From: Microthyrium microscopicum
Lineage: Eukaryota
Direction of reading: 5' to 3'
DNA: 64,000 nucleotides
NCBI GenBank assembly: GCA_010405405.1
Contig: MU004234.1
Coordinates: 957,275-1,021,274 of the forward strand
Below the pieces are notes generated by a model. That model was not told where the DNA came from. It made no database searches and worked only from the letters and a program-made list of their open reading frames with translations. The position numbers and the translations under genes were made by a program. This document shows positions 37,682-52,005 of the stretch, in pieces (the first letter of the stretch is position 1; every line of letters begins with the position of its first letter).

Positions 37682-39220
37682 TCATGCTACCATCATTGTA
37701 TCATCACCATCATCTGCAGGTAATGGTTCTCCAGCAAGCTCTCCTCGCCCTCGGCCAGCGAGTAGTTCTCTTCGGATCTCCGGGCTAATGTCTTTGTGAC
37801 CACGAACCAGCAGAAGATCTAGTAGTGCTTCTCGTTGTTCCTCCGCAATCTCATCTCTATATCTCTGTGCAAAGACTAGTAGACATTGATGCCATATAAC
37901 TGGTAACCGGTCGCTGGTTTCTGTATCTCGGCCATGGCCTAGCTGTTGCGCAGACTGCGGTCGAAAGCGAAGGAAATGGAAGACCAAAGAGTCGATTGTC
38001 TGATATGGTAGCGCATATCGCTTGTCAAGCAACGCCTTGATCACCAAGTTGGCTGGACCGGCGGCGTCCACATCGTGACCCATTTGGTCTGCGGCAATCT
38101 CACAGCATTTGGAGAGCGCAACAGCACTGTGAAGTACTGGAACGCTCGTTTTGGTGATTACGCTTGCCACGATTGTCGCTTCGCGGAGAGTACATGTGCC
38201 GCTTTCGAGGAGCGGAAACAGTATGCCTTTGAAAAACGCTGCTGGTTTGTAGAAGGCTTTTTGAAGAGCCTTGTAGAAGTGAATGTTAAGGTGTTTGTTG
38301 TCGTAAATATCTTCCCGGATCCGTTCAAGGACTACTGCTTGTAGAAACTGTTCGGCCGTGACAGAAGTAGCAGAGATGAATATTCGTGTTGCTGCGTAGA
38401 CTGCGTGTGGTGTCCATGTATCCGGCCGAGTAAGGTGAACTACTTCGGCCTGCATTGCAGGAGGAAGAGTGGGTATGATTTTGAAGGCTTTTGGCAAGGG
38501 ACCAGACCGATATCGAGAGAGAATGTGACCAATTTTTGTATATGCATCGACGACCTTCTCCGGTAAAACAACCGGACCTTGTTCATCGAGCGGATGATCC
38601 TCAAAAACCGCGCCTCCAGCGGCTGCCTCATGTTCTGCGATCTTTGCAAGTATTATGTCTGCTAAGTTTTTTGTTTGCCCTTGTGGCTCTAGATCACCAG
38701 GCCGTAGCATGGGATCATCCGGTTCTGATTGTTCCGGGCGCAGGATAGGGTCATCGAAGGTTGAAGGGTTGAAGCGATTGAATATGTCTAAATCCTGAGG
38801 GTCCGTATCCTGTGGATGTTAGTAACAATTTTAAACATAACACTCTGACCGTACCATTTCTATCACCTCCTCCTCTTCATCCATCCAATTGTCCTCGTCC
38901 TCATACTGGCCAGGAGCTTCATCGTGCTCCGAGTCGTCGTCGAAGGCAGGGCGCGGATCGAATGAGAATGCGCTGTTGGTGGATGGTGCGGTTTTTGGCC
39001 TTCGTTCTTCTTCAGCCTCTGCTGCAAGGTCTTGTCCAAGACTTAGAATCTTTCTCGAGGCTTTAGTGTCTACAACATTATTTCCGTCGGTTTCATCGTC
39101 GTGACGTTGCTTTCGTTTCTTTGGGCTCTTGTGTTTTAATGTGCTGGAAACAGAGTATTCTTCAGAGAGTGGGTTGTGTCGTTGCGTGTCCACAGCGCTG
39201 GTGCGCGGCGCTTTCGGCAT
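37682..39220 (-). CDS. ENP1: Bystin, pre-40S ribosome biogenesis factor
   Basis: SRKILSLGQD, LSRYRSGPLPKAFKIIP, YKPAAFFKGILFPL, CTLREA, LPVIWHQCLLVFAQRY; one intron near 38812-38870. Confidence 0.96.
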
Positions 39221-39485
39221 GGTGTCTGATCTACAAGGCGGTCGAAGTTTTGTGTTGCGCTGAAGGGTTCAAGAGTGTCAAAATAAAAAAAAGTTTGGTG
39301 GAGTAAAGATGGAGGGGCTATCGACATGGAAGTGTGGGGCTTGAGATCAGCCAATCAAACACGCCTATCAACCTCACCTTCAATCGAGTGTTTATTCTTG
39401 AACCACAGCGCATTGAACCAACCCTCCAACACCTCTCCACTTCAGCAATCTCACATTCTCATCCTCCTTCTAGCTTGATGATCTG

Positions 39486-41113
39486 ATGGCCGACTCACAT
39501 CCTTCGCCAGGAGGGACTCCTACTGCTATACGGCGGCTTGATGAAGACCATGCGCCGCCTGTTCCGTCACCATTGAATCCAGATCAGTCAAGATCGAGAG
39601 CTATACCAAAACCCGTTGCGCGTGAACAGCGCGAGAAAAAAGATTCTCTTAAGAAACGAGAATCGGTCGCAGGAGCTAGAGGAGCAACACCCGATGTTAA
39701 GCAAAACTTCAAGGCTCCGCCAGCCTCTGGTCCCAAGCGCGTTGTTCTTCCTGCTCCAGAACCACAAGCATATCTCGCACCAAGAGATTCTATATTTGCC
39801 CCACACGAACCTGAGCCTATATATACTCCTGATGGATCTGCTCAACTGAAGAGGCCGGTAGATATGTAAGCGTTTATAAGTTAGTCCTCGCAACTTCTGC
39901 TAATTGCATTAGAAATTACAACAACAAAAATACACGTACTGCATACTGCGTCGCTGATCCGCTATTCCCTCATATGCAACTATATCGTCAAACGGAGGTT
40001 ACACCTTTTACTCCTCACATGAGTGTACACGATTCCGATCGAAATATACACTTCGACTCCTCCTGTCGCACGATAACCAACGTCAAAGGATGGCGAATGG
40101 CACGCGCCAATGTTTTTGCAAGAGAAGGCAGTCTTTACTACGAGGTTAAAGTGGTACGTGGTATACCGGAAAGCTCTCAAATCGGATTTCAAGAAACAGA
40201 GGTACAGCCTCACGTTCGTATGGGATGGACGCGCCGAGAAGCGCCACTTGATGCGCCAGTGGGATTTGATGGCTACAGCTATGGAGTTACCGACACGAGA
40301 TTCGATACCATGCATCGTTCTCGTGTAGGCAAATTCCTAGCTCCTAAGACTAAGAATAAGGCAAAGCCAAAGACACCACAAACCGCGAATCCAGATGCAC
40401 CAATGGAGCCTATCCGGACTGGAGATGTGATAGGCATGATGATCACATTACCTCCTCTCAATCTCCATCGCAAAGTTGTCGCAGGCACATATAATCCTGC
40501 GGTTGACCTTTACTCCTCTACGCCAGATCCAGATGCGCCGCCTCCAGATATAATTCGCGACCGAGCTCCTATCATCTCAAGACACACCTACTACCTTGAG
40601 CACTCCGAATACCAACCCACCAAGATCATAAAAGCATACGGCGATCGAGCGCCTGTCAACGCTCACCGCCCATACTTCAACCACGAAGAAATACCACTTC
40701 GTTCGCTGCCACATAGCAATATCAAAGTGTACAAGAATGGTGAGCTCGTCGGCACAGCCTTTGAGAACCTACTTGCCTTCCTTCCGCCTGCCTCTATGCC
40801 AACCGGCGAGCATGGAGTAAGGCAGGGCTTTGACGATGGCAGCTTGGGCTACTACCCAGCAATCTCGGTGTTCAGTGGTGGTATTGCAGAGGCCAACTTC
40901 GGTCCAGACTTCTGGTACCCGCCGCCTGATCTGCAAACGCAGTCACAGGATGTCGAGATGGGAAATATTGAGCCACAGTTTCCATCATCCTCAGACGATG
41001 CACCCAAGCCTCGTGCCATCAGTGAGCGTTATGCTGAACAAATTGCTGAAGATGTTGTTTGGGACATCATCGACGAGGCTGGATTCTTTGCCCAGGACGG
41101 TGGATATCGCTGA
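39486..41113 (+). CDS. BRE2: COMPASS/Set1C SPRY-domain subunit (Ash2/Bre2)
   Basis: GWRMARANVFAREGSLYYEVK, PHVRMGWTRREAPLDAPVGFDGYSYG, GDVIG, GYYPAISVF, ANFGPDF, ERYAEQIAEDVVWDIIDE; intron ~39866-39912. Head-to-head with ENP1 (265 bp between ATGs). Confidence 0.93.
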
Positions 41114-44100
41114 GCTTTGGTCCCTACTTCCATCTCCTAGACTATTTGCTTATGGCGTGAAGCTTCAGCTTATACGAATTCTGGTCTTGCTCCTGTGGTG
41201 CCACAGCACTGTCAAACCATCATCTCGCCAAAAGAATCAAACAGCTGTGCCAGCTAGGCAGAACCATACTTACAGCATGTCATTAGAATAGGCAAGATTA
41301 GACGAAAGCGGTGAGCTGTCCACTTTCCCAGGCCCCGACTAAAGAACCATGGATGTATAACCATATTGCAACAGAGATCTCCCGAAATTAAGACAGCTGC
41401 CCTGCGGCCTGCCCAGAAAGCGATCTGCCGCTAAACCAGGCACCACCTAAACGGCAAATACTTAATGAAGATCTCGCTCGACTCATCACTTACCATCTAC
41501 TCCAGGAGGTTGTATTAATAGCCATGAATATTCCAGCCTGACTGACTGATCATGTATCCTAGACTGCGGTACGCATCCATGAGGTCAGCTCCCATGTTGT
41601 AGCTCTCGGCAAGCAAAATATCAAAGATTATTATTACATTATGCTGTGTGTTTGTAGAACCAGTGATCCAGTCCCTAGGTCTTCAGGTCTTCACCGCCTG
41701 CTTTTGGCATCCTCGTTGCACATCCCCCTGATAGGTTTTCTTCTGTCCAGCTCTCGTGGAGTTGGTGTCACTGCATTCTTCTCGCCATCGCTTACTCGAT
41801 CTCTTCATAACCTTCCCATCAATCATCTCACTGTCTAGAATCCTTGATAAACTACACGAAGGGCCACATACCCCTCTTCCCTCTCAAAGGCCGAGAATCT
41901 ACACGCCCACGCCCCCTAGCCGCAGATCACCGGGGATCCGGTCCGACACCCTTCCCATTCTCCTCTTTCGCTCTCCTCTCGTGACAACCCTCCAAGCAGT
42001 CCCGTGAACGTTGCACGAGAACGCGGGTATTTAGCGAGTCTCGTTGCTTAAACGGGTAGGCGTATGTTGAGTGTCGCACACACTACATGTTGGGTGGATC
42101 GATATGCTGTGCGACCAGCGGAAATCACAGGAGGTGTGGATCGTTCACCTCTGCGCTGCGCTGTGATGTGATGTGTTCCTGGGAATAGGTGTTGTTTTGT
42201 TTTGGAAGATATTTGGAAGACTTGACTTGCGCGGTCTTTGGGTAAGGGGGGTCAGGGGAGGATGTTGTCGTTCTGGGGTGACATGATACGCGCTCATTAT
42301 ACTAAGTATGATGTCTACCATCTGTTACGCTTTGCATCAAGGTACTTCATTTGCTAGGTGATCGATGCGTATGGTACTAGAATCCCTATCATATACGGTG
42401 GGATTTCGGAGAGCCTTTTTGTTAAGAAGTGCGATGGGAGTCATCATACTTGATGGGAGTGCGCCATTAATCTTTTCATCTTTTCGGGGAGTGAGATTGA
42501 TAGGTCTTTGTCAATTTATATCAACTTATCAAGACATTTGGGATCTGCCGTGGAAATACAACGCGACATATTGTTGCCAAAAAAAAATTGACAGAAGATA
42601 CGAAAGACAATGCCTACCGTCACCATCGCCTCAATTCTGACGATTTTGTCCTTTTAGTTCTGGCAACAGTTGCAACAGCCTCGAGGCCTCACGACGTACA
42701 CGATCCTGCAGCTCATTTAGCGCAACCGTCCGCAGCTGTCCGCATCGTAAGGTCTGTACCCCGTTCTGAGCGTTACACAAAATGTATCCGACAATCACCT
42801 TGAGCATACATTACCACATATCCTGACGATAATTCCTGCAACGCTGATAATTCACTCTGTGAGGCGAGAATGCGCATAAAAGTTCGATTGGCATTCTCTC
42901 CCGAGCGGCAAAATGCAGGAGGCCATGCCCGCGCGTCTTCTGGAAGGTCAGGTCGAGACAGTCCCGTATGCCGGGCAGCCTAGCAGCCGATGCAATGATG
43001 CAGTGCGGTGATAAGAATAGAATGGATACCGGTATGCGGCGCTGCTACAAAGTCGCCCAGGTTTGATCGGTGGAAGGAGTGTCTTGACTGTGTGTTGGGT
43101 CTATGGCGATTGGAACTTCGATGTTCCGCAATATCTACATTTATTCTCAGCCTTGTGTTCCCTAGGCTTAAGAGTTTTGTGGCAATCGATTCAGCCTAGT
43201 AGACGCCAAATTTCATCTTATCGTTCGCGGAAATTGGCTTGGTGTGGGTTAAATGAAAGCAACCCATAGCTTTTGGTGCATAGGCTGGCCAGACCATGTC
43301 GGTAATCTGTACGACTCACAGACTTTGTTAATTTTGTCTTTTGTCGATGTTTAGGTTGGTAGGCGGTAAATTAATGGTGATTTGAGCAGTTCATGCAGTT
43401 CTTTGAAGTCATGAAATTTGGAAGAGTGTGTGAGCGGTATGCAGGTACCATACCGTACCATAACGATGCGTTAGCTTACTGCATTCGGCAAGGGACAATG
43501 CGGACTAGGCCGAGAAGATGCGCCACTAATTTTGGTTGGTTGCGAGCTGATTCGGTATCGTTGCCTGTGTTGTCAATTTGGTGCAGATGAAGCTAATATC
43601 CCCCGTCTCAGTCATTTTGTGACCTACCAAAAATTTGAGATGTGTAACGTAATAGTTCTAGCTGGGATAGAAAGGAAGACAACGAAAACGGGTGGTTTAG
43701 AGTCTCGATTTGGTCTTGCTGGGTTAGTTTATTCGGATGGTTCCTGTTTGATCTCCATAATCTAAACCAGCTTTGATGCGGGCAAAAAAGACTCGAGAAC
43801 CAAGGGAAACCCTCGCTCCAAGCTTCGAGGATTTGTTGTCTGGGACGCACGTGTTGGGGCTTGAGTGCCACAAGGCCGTTTCGAAAGCATCGATCAAGAT
43901 GGTTTCACAATCTCATCTGCTCTTACTGGCTGGGGAAGAAGGGTTTCAACTGATCTTTTGTTTGCTGCGCTTCCAAACCTATTCTTCAATATTCCCGCTC
44001 ACAGCCAGTCGCTTTCAAGGTTCAGCATCCGATGTTTCCGAATTGAATGTTGGACCAAACTTTGAGAGCCTTGACAGGTGTGGAACACTAGAACTGAACA

Positions 44101-45834
44101 TGATTTGAAGGATGGCAATTTTTATGATGTCTGTGAGGAACAACGCATTGATGTGTGGGTGCACTTTGCTTGAGCCTTTGGCTAATTTCAACAAAGAAAT
44201 GTTGACTGTTGCCTGTCAAAGCTGCTGACCGTGTGTACAACGATAATCTCCGGGAGATTGTTGATTTGTTGAATGCTAGTTATACTTTGGCTGGGAAGCC
44301 TGTTGGCAGCTGCAATAGTAATTATGGCATTAAGCAAAAAAGCGTTTAAACTTTGATAAATGATGGTCGATTGGACGAGCAACTGCAATTAGACATGAAG
44401 TAATGGTTCAAGCAATCTATCTCAATAAACCCGTAAAACAAAGTAGTTTGCCAACTTTAAGAAGGCCAGTAAATTTAGTGGTTTGTTATTTCCAAGAAGA
44501 TTGATTGCGTTTGATGAGATTCGCAATATCCCATTGGTACTTGGCGGTTGATGAGGAAACAGGGCTGCTGGTTGTTTTTGAAGCTTAGCAAAAGGTTGGT
44601 TTAGCTTTGGGGATATTGATTAACAGCTTGTGATTGGGGCGCATTTGATGGTTTCTCTGCGAACACTGCTGTCGGATACTTTTGTCGGATGGACAGGGCA
44701 GGGCGATCATGAGAAGATCAGTGGGAGAAGTTACAGAGTTATGCTATTTGATAATTGATAGACGGGATGGGTTTTGGCTGGGACCTGTTACGGACCGAAA
44801 GATGCAGTCAAGTCACAGATTTGGGACAAGGCTGAAGACGAACGGAAACGTCAAACAAGCAGTGCGGAGGACTGGGGGATAAACAGTCGTCAGCTGGCGT
44901 GTTCATGATGAGGCAGTGTAATGTTAATAATGTCATCAGATGGATCATGGCGATGAGGAGAGAGTGCCACTTCTCTGTTGCTGTAGCATCGATTGTCAAA
45001 TTGAGATGATCTTGTAATCGCTGTAATTTAACAAAGAGTCAGTGGGCGTCTGGATCATGAACTAATCCGCTTTTAGCTAGAGACATACAGTAGCTGACGG
45101 CTGACGCAGCGACAAATTCAGAGGAGGAAGGAGCAACGAACCATGTGAGTTCCTAATGTGGTAATCGGATCCTGCATACTTTTTGCGCTAGCAAGCAAGT
45201 GCCCGCACTGGCGTCCAATGAGGTCGCTCAACAGGGCTCATTTTCCAGTCTTCGCTCCTGCCTTCCGGGATTCTGGCTTGAGTCTTGTGGCCTAGCAAAA
45301 GACTGGACTGGCAGATTGCTTGCACACCAAAACCAAACATTCTCTTGCTCGCTTCATTCTCCTCCCTACACCACCATAACCCTCTATCGACACTCTTCAA
45401 AATCGCCCACCACCCGCTATCCTCAATTCTCCTCCATTTCTCCTTTGCCGCCGCTCTCTAGCCGGCCTCTCACCTACGCTCTCTAACTGAGTCACTTTGA
45501 CTCGTCCGATCATTCTTCGTTATCCTCGTTTTGAAGCCTACAGCAGCCGGTCCCTGCTTTTCCCCTTATCCTATTACCGCTGCTTGATGTACGTTGGACT
45601 TCGTCGCTCGAGGCCGTGATCCTCTGCTAATTTGCTCAAACAGTGATGCGTGTATTCTCTCACGATTTAATCAACTTAGTCTCTCTTTTAGTCCTTTCAC
45701 CCGCGCGCACCTCTAGCCGCTCGCAAACCTCCTCACAACCTCATTCTTGACCACTTTCTCCTTTTGGGTCAACATTGCCTCACTGCGATTTGCATATTAC
45801 CAGTCCATGTTCTAAATTACACTTTGGCTTGACA

Positions 45835-48567
45835 ATGGCAGCCTTTGCATCACAGCCTGCTATGGCAATGGATATGGGCTCTGAGATTTACTCCCAGGAA
45901 TCCGTTGGACCTGTCGAACTATTTCCCAATCCAACCTTCGTTTTTCCTGCTCGGCCAGACGTCCCTACATCACAACCTGCCTTTACCATGTCCTCAATCG
46001 CACGACGACCGCGCTCAGATCAAAATCTTGCTAGTTCAGCAAGTGCCTCCATCCCTCGAACTCGTGCCTCTGTCAGTGCTCTCCCGAGCTTTTCCTTTAA
46101 TCCTGCTGGTACCACTCGGGACTCTACACCGCCACATTCCCCATCATCACTCAATGCTCCATCTACACCGTCTCGCTCTGCAAGACATCGACGAGGAGGC
46201 AGTGAATTTATTGGTGGACAGTCTGGAAATGTGAATTTGGTTAGCACAAGCCCGGCAAAGGCGGAATTTGGCTCAGTACAACCCCCCTTGCATCTTGGCC
46301 CTCCAGCTGGACGTCGACATGCTCACCGCCGGTCTGGTGCCATTTCGTGTCACGATCTCAATTCCATCCTCCAACCGAAAGATAGCAACGCTCAGATGAG
46401 GGCAGGAAGTGCTCCAACCTCACCTATGGATCTCGATGCCAAGTCTTTCTTCCCCGGACTACGACGTGGTTCTCAACAATCTTTACGTGATACTACAATC
46501 GCAGAATCACCAAAGGAGGCCGATGTGGACGATGACTCTTCTCGACGACCACCCTCTCGTGCAAGAGTTGGCTTTGCCGATCGTGTCGAGTACATTCGAC
46601 CGCTGTCTACAATCTCGTCGGAAACGGAAAGCTCCATGTCAACGATTAGAGGACATTCTGTTACTAACAGCTTCTCGTCTGTGGCTTCAGTTGGTGCAAC
46701 CAGTCCATCCCCTGCTCGCATGGCGCGTCCATCTCTCAATACAACATTTGAGGATGAGCCACCACGGCCACAAACCTCTCAAGCACTGTTTGGTAGTCCT
46801 TTGGAATCTCGACCATTTCTGTCCGTTGGTTCGCAATCTGCCGAGCGTCCAAAGTCTGAAGCTGGCCTGTCTTCTTCGACCTCCAACTCTCCGATTGATG
46901 CTCAACCGAAACGAAAGAGCTTTGGCTGGTGGGAATCAAAACAGAAGCGTTCAATATCGCCGCACTCTTTTAAGCCTTCGCCCAACTCGTCACAACAACA
47001 TCTCTCTGTGAACGTTCCCAGTTCTCCACATTCCTCGGACAAAGCAATCGAGAGTGATCAAGAGACTGTCAAGGATGTGCTTTGCACAACCAAAAAACCA
47101 CGTAAAGTTCGCTCTTGGGCACATTCTCTGTTACCTCGAAAACATAAGACTAAGAAGACTCGATCGACCACGCCTCCACCTCAATCTCAACCCTCTGACA
47201 GTGATACTGAAGACACAGAATCCAATGCCTCTCAGTCTGAGGCTGAACAGCCAACACTGGATGCTAACTTTGAAGTAAATTTTGACGAAGACAACACAGT
47301 GACCATTATCGACGAAGCTGCTCAGCAACCTGCATCCCTGCGCGTTAATACCGTTGCATCACGCCCTATTCGAGGATTCCCTGAACCTGACGTACTGAGC
47401 CCTGTTATCGATCTGGATGCGGCATTGGGACCTTTTAATACTCCATTTGGTCAACCTGCTTGGAACGGACCTCGCCAAACCCGTGCCCGACGATCGATGC
47501 ATAGCTCGAACGCTAGTTTGTCCATTGCTGCCTTTAGTGCTGGCCAGCCACATCGCCGAACAGAAAGCGCACCTGAGCTTCTTCCATTTGATGCTCGCAA
47601 TTCAAAGTTCGGTCAACCTGCAATGCCAGATGTGTTTGAAGAGGAAGATGAAGAACTCGAGGCACAAGATGATATGGCATCCTCACCAATCGAAGACTCC
47701 GAGACCGTCGAACACCAGGAAGACTCAATCGCCTCAACGGGTGTCCATGTTGTCGATATCGATGAAGCTGTAGTCGCCGCTGGTCCTTGGCCGGTTGTAT
47801 CAGGATTTGGATCTGCACGGAGAAAGAAGTCTGAAGGCTTGTCAATTGACACAGGATCCAGGCCAAGCTCGATGGTTTTCGATGGCCAGTTACAAATTTC
47901 GTCTAACCGCCAATCCCTTGTCGTGGTGGATGATATCGAAGTGGTTGAGGATTATGAAGAAGTCCGTGGAAGTAAGTCTTCCGATGACACTATCACACCT
48001 CCCCATACAGGCGACAAGATTTCTGTTCCTACAGCACCGCTACGGTTTGCTATGCCCTTACCACCGGAGCATATCATGACACCCGATTCCATCAGCGATG
48101 CATCATTACGTAGTCCATTCTTTAGTCCTAGTACGTCTTCGCTGGACACGTCTCGACTTGATACTGGCGCATCTTCGGCTACCGACGCTCCTTCGTTCTG
48201 CTTTGGAGAGCCTGGCCCCGAAGTTCGTGTCTCCGTGGATGATGTACCAAGTCTGACAAGCAGTCGCTCTACGATGACTAGTCCCGCCAATCAGCAGATG
48301 CCACCTCCATCCTCAGCAGGACGAACCCCATCCGTCTACTCAGTCCGTAGCACGGGCACTGCAGACTATGCCACTCATAAGAGAGGAAGCATAGCTAGTC
48401 TTTCCCGACTTGTGGCTTCTGGGTTTGGCGAGCGAAGCAAGCTCTCAATCGAGAGTCGACCTCAATCACAACAATTGATGACGGAGCCAAAGAAGGAAAA
48501 GTCGCGACACCGCATCAGCAAGCGCTGGCAATTCTGGAAGAGCAAAGAGAATATCAGCACTGCTTAA
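45835..48567 (+). CDS. Ser/Pro-rich protein of filamentous ascomycetes (from memory often labelled 'cell wall proline-rich protein'; function unclear)
   Basis: 910-codon intronless ORF with motif islands HRRGGSEFIGG, HRRSGAISCHDL, RPLSTISSET, VIDLDAALGPF, HRRTESAP, VDDVPSLTSS; no signal peptide. Confidence 0.85.
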   Translation: MAAFASQPAMAMDMGSEIYSQESVGPVELFPNPTFVFPARPDVPTSQPAFTMSSIARRPRSDQNLASSASASIPRTRASVSALPSFSFNPAGTTRDSTPPHSPSSLNAPSTPSRSARHRRGGSEFIGGQSGNVNLVSTSPAKAEFGSVQPPLHLGPPAGRRHAHRRSGAISCHDLNSILQPKDSNAQMRAGSAPTSPMDLDAKSFFPGLRRGSQQSLRDTTIAESPKEADVDDDSSRRPPSRARVGFADRVEYIRPLSTISSETESSMSTIRGHSVTNSFSSVASVGATSPSPARMARPSLNTTFEDEPPRPQTSQALFGSPLESRPFLSVGSQSAERPKSEAGLSSSTSNSPIDAQPKRKSFGWWESKQKRSISPHSFKPSPNSSQQHLSVNVPSSPHSSDKAIESDQETVKDVLCTTKKPRKVRSWAHSLLPRKHKTKKTRSTTPPPQSQPSDSDTEDTESNASQSEAEQPTLDANFEVNFDEDNTVTIIDEAAQQPASLRVNTVASRPIRGFPEPDVLSPVIDLDAALGPFNTPFGQPAWNGPRQTRARRSMHSSNASLSIAAFSAGQPHRRTESAPELLPFDARNSKFGQPAMPDVFEEEDEELEAQDDMASSPIEDSETVEHQEDSIASTGVHVVDIDEAVVAAGPWPVVSGFGSARRKKSEGLSIDTGSRPSSMVFDGQLQISSNRQSLVVVDDIEVVEDYEEVRGSKSSDDTITPPHTGDKISVPTAPLRFAMPLPPEHIMTPDSISDASLRSPFFSPSTSSLDTSRLDTGASSATDAPSFCFGEPGPEVRVSVDDVPSLTSSRSTMTSPANQQMPPPSSAGRTPSVYSVRSTGTADYATHKRGSIASLSRLVASGFGERSKLSIESRPQSQQLMTEPKKEKSRHRISKRWQFWKSKENISTA

Positions 48568-50011
48568 TCACACTACACTCAATGTATATCACGACCCCAT
48601 TTTTCTACAACTTTTACTACACGACATTGATTACGAAATTCACTCTGAGATCGAAAACAGTTTCAACCGTCTATGATATTATACACGGACCATCTTTTTC
48701 CAATCCTCTACGCTTCTCTAATGTCTGATTCGAACACAAATTTCTTCCTCACATTCTCTTACGCCTCTTACATGGAGTCTCAGCAACAGCTGAGAAAACA
48801 CTTCATTACTCTCTCTACCAACGAATGAAACTCCCACAGCCTGATAGGAATGGTTATGCGGAATGGGATAAACAGACACTATTTGTCTGGATGTGAATGG
48901 CTACGGCGCTCACGATCAATGTATGTGAACGAGGTCACCTGGTGTTGGGGCACTATGTGCAATATTACTGTCATGAATGACTGGGCTTTTTTCTTACTTC
49001 TCTTCTACTATTATGCAAAGCGACAACATCGCATTGGTATTTACAAATATCATCCAACGGTTGTTTCTTTTCTATCTCTGATTCATGTGTTTTATCCTTG
49101 TTGCTAGGCATCGTTAGTATATAACCGGACTCTATTTTTGAGTAGACAGAGCTGGATGGGCATCGGAACGCCGCTCCTTGGCTTATGAGATGGGATTTGG
49201 CGATATTTGTTGTTGGGCTGATATGAGCGCTGTGTCTTAGGCTCTTAGCGGCTATGATTATGAATTATAAATATATTTTTCTCCTCACAACCATTCTTTC
49301 TTGATCGTGATTTATGAAATGATTGGATGGTCTTCTGGCAATGCGCAAAAAAATGTTAGTCTCATTGAAAAAAGATGAATACTGCTCTAAGTACTCTAGT
49401 TCTCAAATTGTCTCGTGTTACCTTGCCGCCATGTTTCAGTAGATGTTCTGTTACTAACTTTTGATATCACATACATTTTATCCGTTCAAGAGCAGGACAA
49501 CTCAGTAATTTATCAATGGAATATCACTACAAACGATGCGGCTATTGTGTAGAGAATAAGCTCGTTCAGACTCCAGAGGTAATTGCTGTTGTGATGGACT
49601 TGTTTATCTACAGTAACAACAAGAAATACACAGCGAATTACAAGTCGAGATATTTTAGTTCACAGAAAAGAACGAGAGATGAAGAGAGAAAGATGGTGGC
49701 TGGTAAGGTAGTCAGTCAAGTTTATCAAATGTTTAATGCAGTGGATCCATCCCCTAACGGCATGCCGCATTGGTGCAGCGCTGTGCTGTGCTTGGGCTCG
49801 AAACTCCATACTTTTGATGCAACAACGACAAACCACCACTAAAATCCTCCTCGAACCAAGGCAACAGGCCGCTCTTATACTTTGCCAAGCGCCTCTTGCC
49901 CAAACCATACACCATCTACTGTTCTGAATAACCTTTACCATCCTTCCTCTTCTCCCATCAAGCGCCCTCCCATTAGCCCTGCCAAATACTCCAGCAATTG
50001 CTCCATGATCC

Positions 50012-52005
50012 ATGTCATCCTTCCAATCCTCCGCAAATTCTGCCTTCCCGAGGATTGGCAATAATATTCCACCCGAGATCCGTTTGGTGTCAGCTGCACC
50101 TTCTTTTCCCTTGCAAGGCCATATACCCATCAATCTACTCTTGTTGATCATACAACAGGTAAGTTCTAGTCCCTTACGGACACTGGGGTGCTACACTAAC
50201 CACAAATCTCCGATTCACTAGCTTGACGACATTGAGACTCTCGCGAATGTCACTCGAACTTCCCGATTACTCTATTACCTCACGATTCCGCGCCTATATG
50301 AGGTCGTCACCTTGAAAGCCTACTCCGCCATTCGATATATCAATGACCGTCCCGAAGGTTTCGGAGGGGGAAGTCCCTTTGCTATGGGCCTTGATGGTCT
50401 CATCAGCAGTCCGAACAACGTAGCGCAATATGTCAAAACCCTTCGTATGTGCGGCGACTGGCGCGAAGTTGATACAGGTGACTTTGAGCGTGGTCGCGTG
50501 CCCGATAATACCATGATCTTGAACGTCACAATCAAGGCAGCCATATCGAGGGCAGATAGGCTGGAAAGCTTCATGTGGGTGTACATCTGTCTGACTTTTG
50601 GAGATGGCAAGCTGACTTGACTAGCTGGGAGATGAATACCAAGCCCATGAAAACGATATATCAAGGACTAGCAACGCGAAAGCACCTGACCCACCTCAAA
50701 ATACATTTTCCATCGTCAAGAATACCTCGACCGACCGTCACAATACCTGGGCTTCCTAGACTGAAATCGCTCCATGTTGTCAATATAGACCCACTCTGTT
50801 ATAATGACGATATTTCTCTTTTACTGCTGGAAGCTCAGAAGCTAGAAACACTCACGTTGCATTGGTCGCCAAGAATGCGCAATGAACGGGAACCATCTGT
50901 GGATCTGCAGAGCTACTTTGGTCGTATTGTTGCGGAAAAGAAACCACTCAGTCCGAAGCATATATCCTTTTTCAATATGTTTGCAAAGAATGACGGTACC
51001 TTGACGAAGAGTGTACTGTTTACGGAAGCTCGGAGTTTATGCTTCATGAATTCGATGAACCATAATGATCCGACGACTGTTTTCTGGGATCATACATGGA
51101 ATCCACGCGGCCAAAGGATTGATTTTCTGTCAAACGTAGTCAAGATTCGAAGCGACTCGATAGACACGAGTATGGTCAACGTCTTAAAAGCTCTCCAAGA
51201 TCTGCAAGAAGTATATCTCGTCAACAACCGAGACTTCTCTTGTAACTCGTCGAATTCCTTAACCACCCAGAAACTACTGGAGCCTGGAGTCAGCCCGTCC
51301 AGTGTAAGCTCCGGAACCCCAACACCATATCGTACAAACGGCAACGAAGGCGCATCAGTCACGATCGCCGACCTTGGGCAAGATATTTCCACTGGAGCAG
51401 GTGCCGCACATAACGAAACTCTTAACCCTCCAACAATAGACGCTCCTCAACCGTCTCCAGTATCCTCCGAATTCATAAACTCCCCACTTGGCAGTTCGCG
51501 CACTGGCTCAGCTCAAAAACACATCTCCCTCGCCTCAGATTACATCGCAGCCATAACCTCCCACCACGGCCAATCACTCCGCATTTTACTTCTTCGCGAT
51601 ACATGGACCCTCGGCCGCGATGTAGTTCTCCACATTGCCAAATCATGCCCGAATCTAGAACAGCTCGCATACGCTCCAGAGTCACCTGGTAGTGAACTCA
51701 CCCGGACGATCATCAAAGCATGTCCGAAGCTCTATGCGGTTCGTCTGTTATATACTCCCGACCACCCCTTTTGGTTGACTATGCGGCACGAGCCTCAAAC
51801 ACATGTGGAAATGATGGGCTTGGAACTTTGGAGAGATGAATATCTCGGAATGAAGTATTTGGGCGTGGGTGGATTCATTGCCAAATTGGGTGGGAGAATA
51901 AGAGCGACTGAAGGGCCGAAGTGGAGGAGATCGGTTAAGTTGGTTACTTGGGAGGAGGCGAGACATGTTGAGATATTCGGGTTGGATAATATTGAGATAT
52001 CATGA
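50012..52005 (+). CDS. F-box/RNI-like repeat protein, 3 exons
   Basis: IPINLLLLIIQQ/LDDIETLANVTRTSRLLYYLTIPRLY; GGGSPFAMGL; LRR-like LxxLxL segments and SCPNLEQL; introns 50159-50221 and 50575-50623. Confidence 0.85.
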
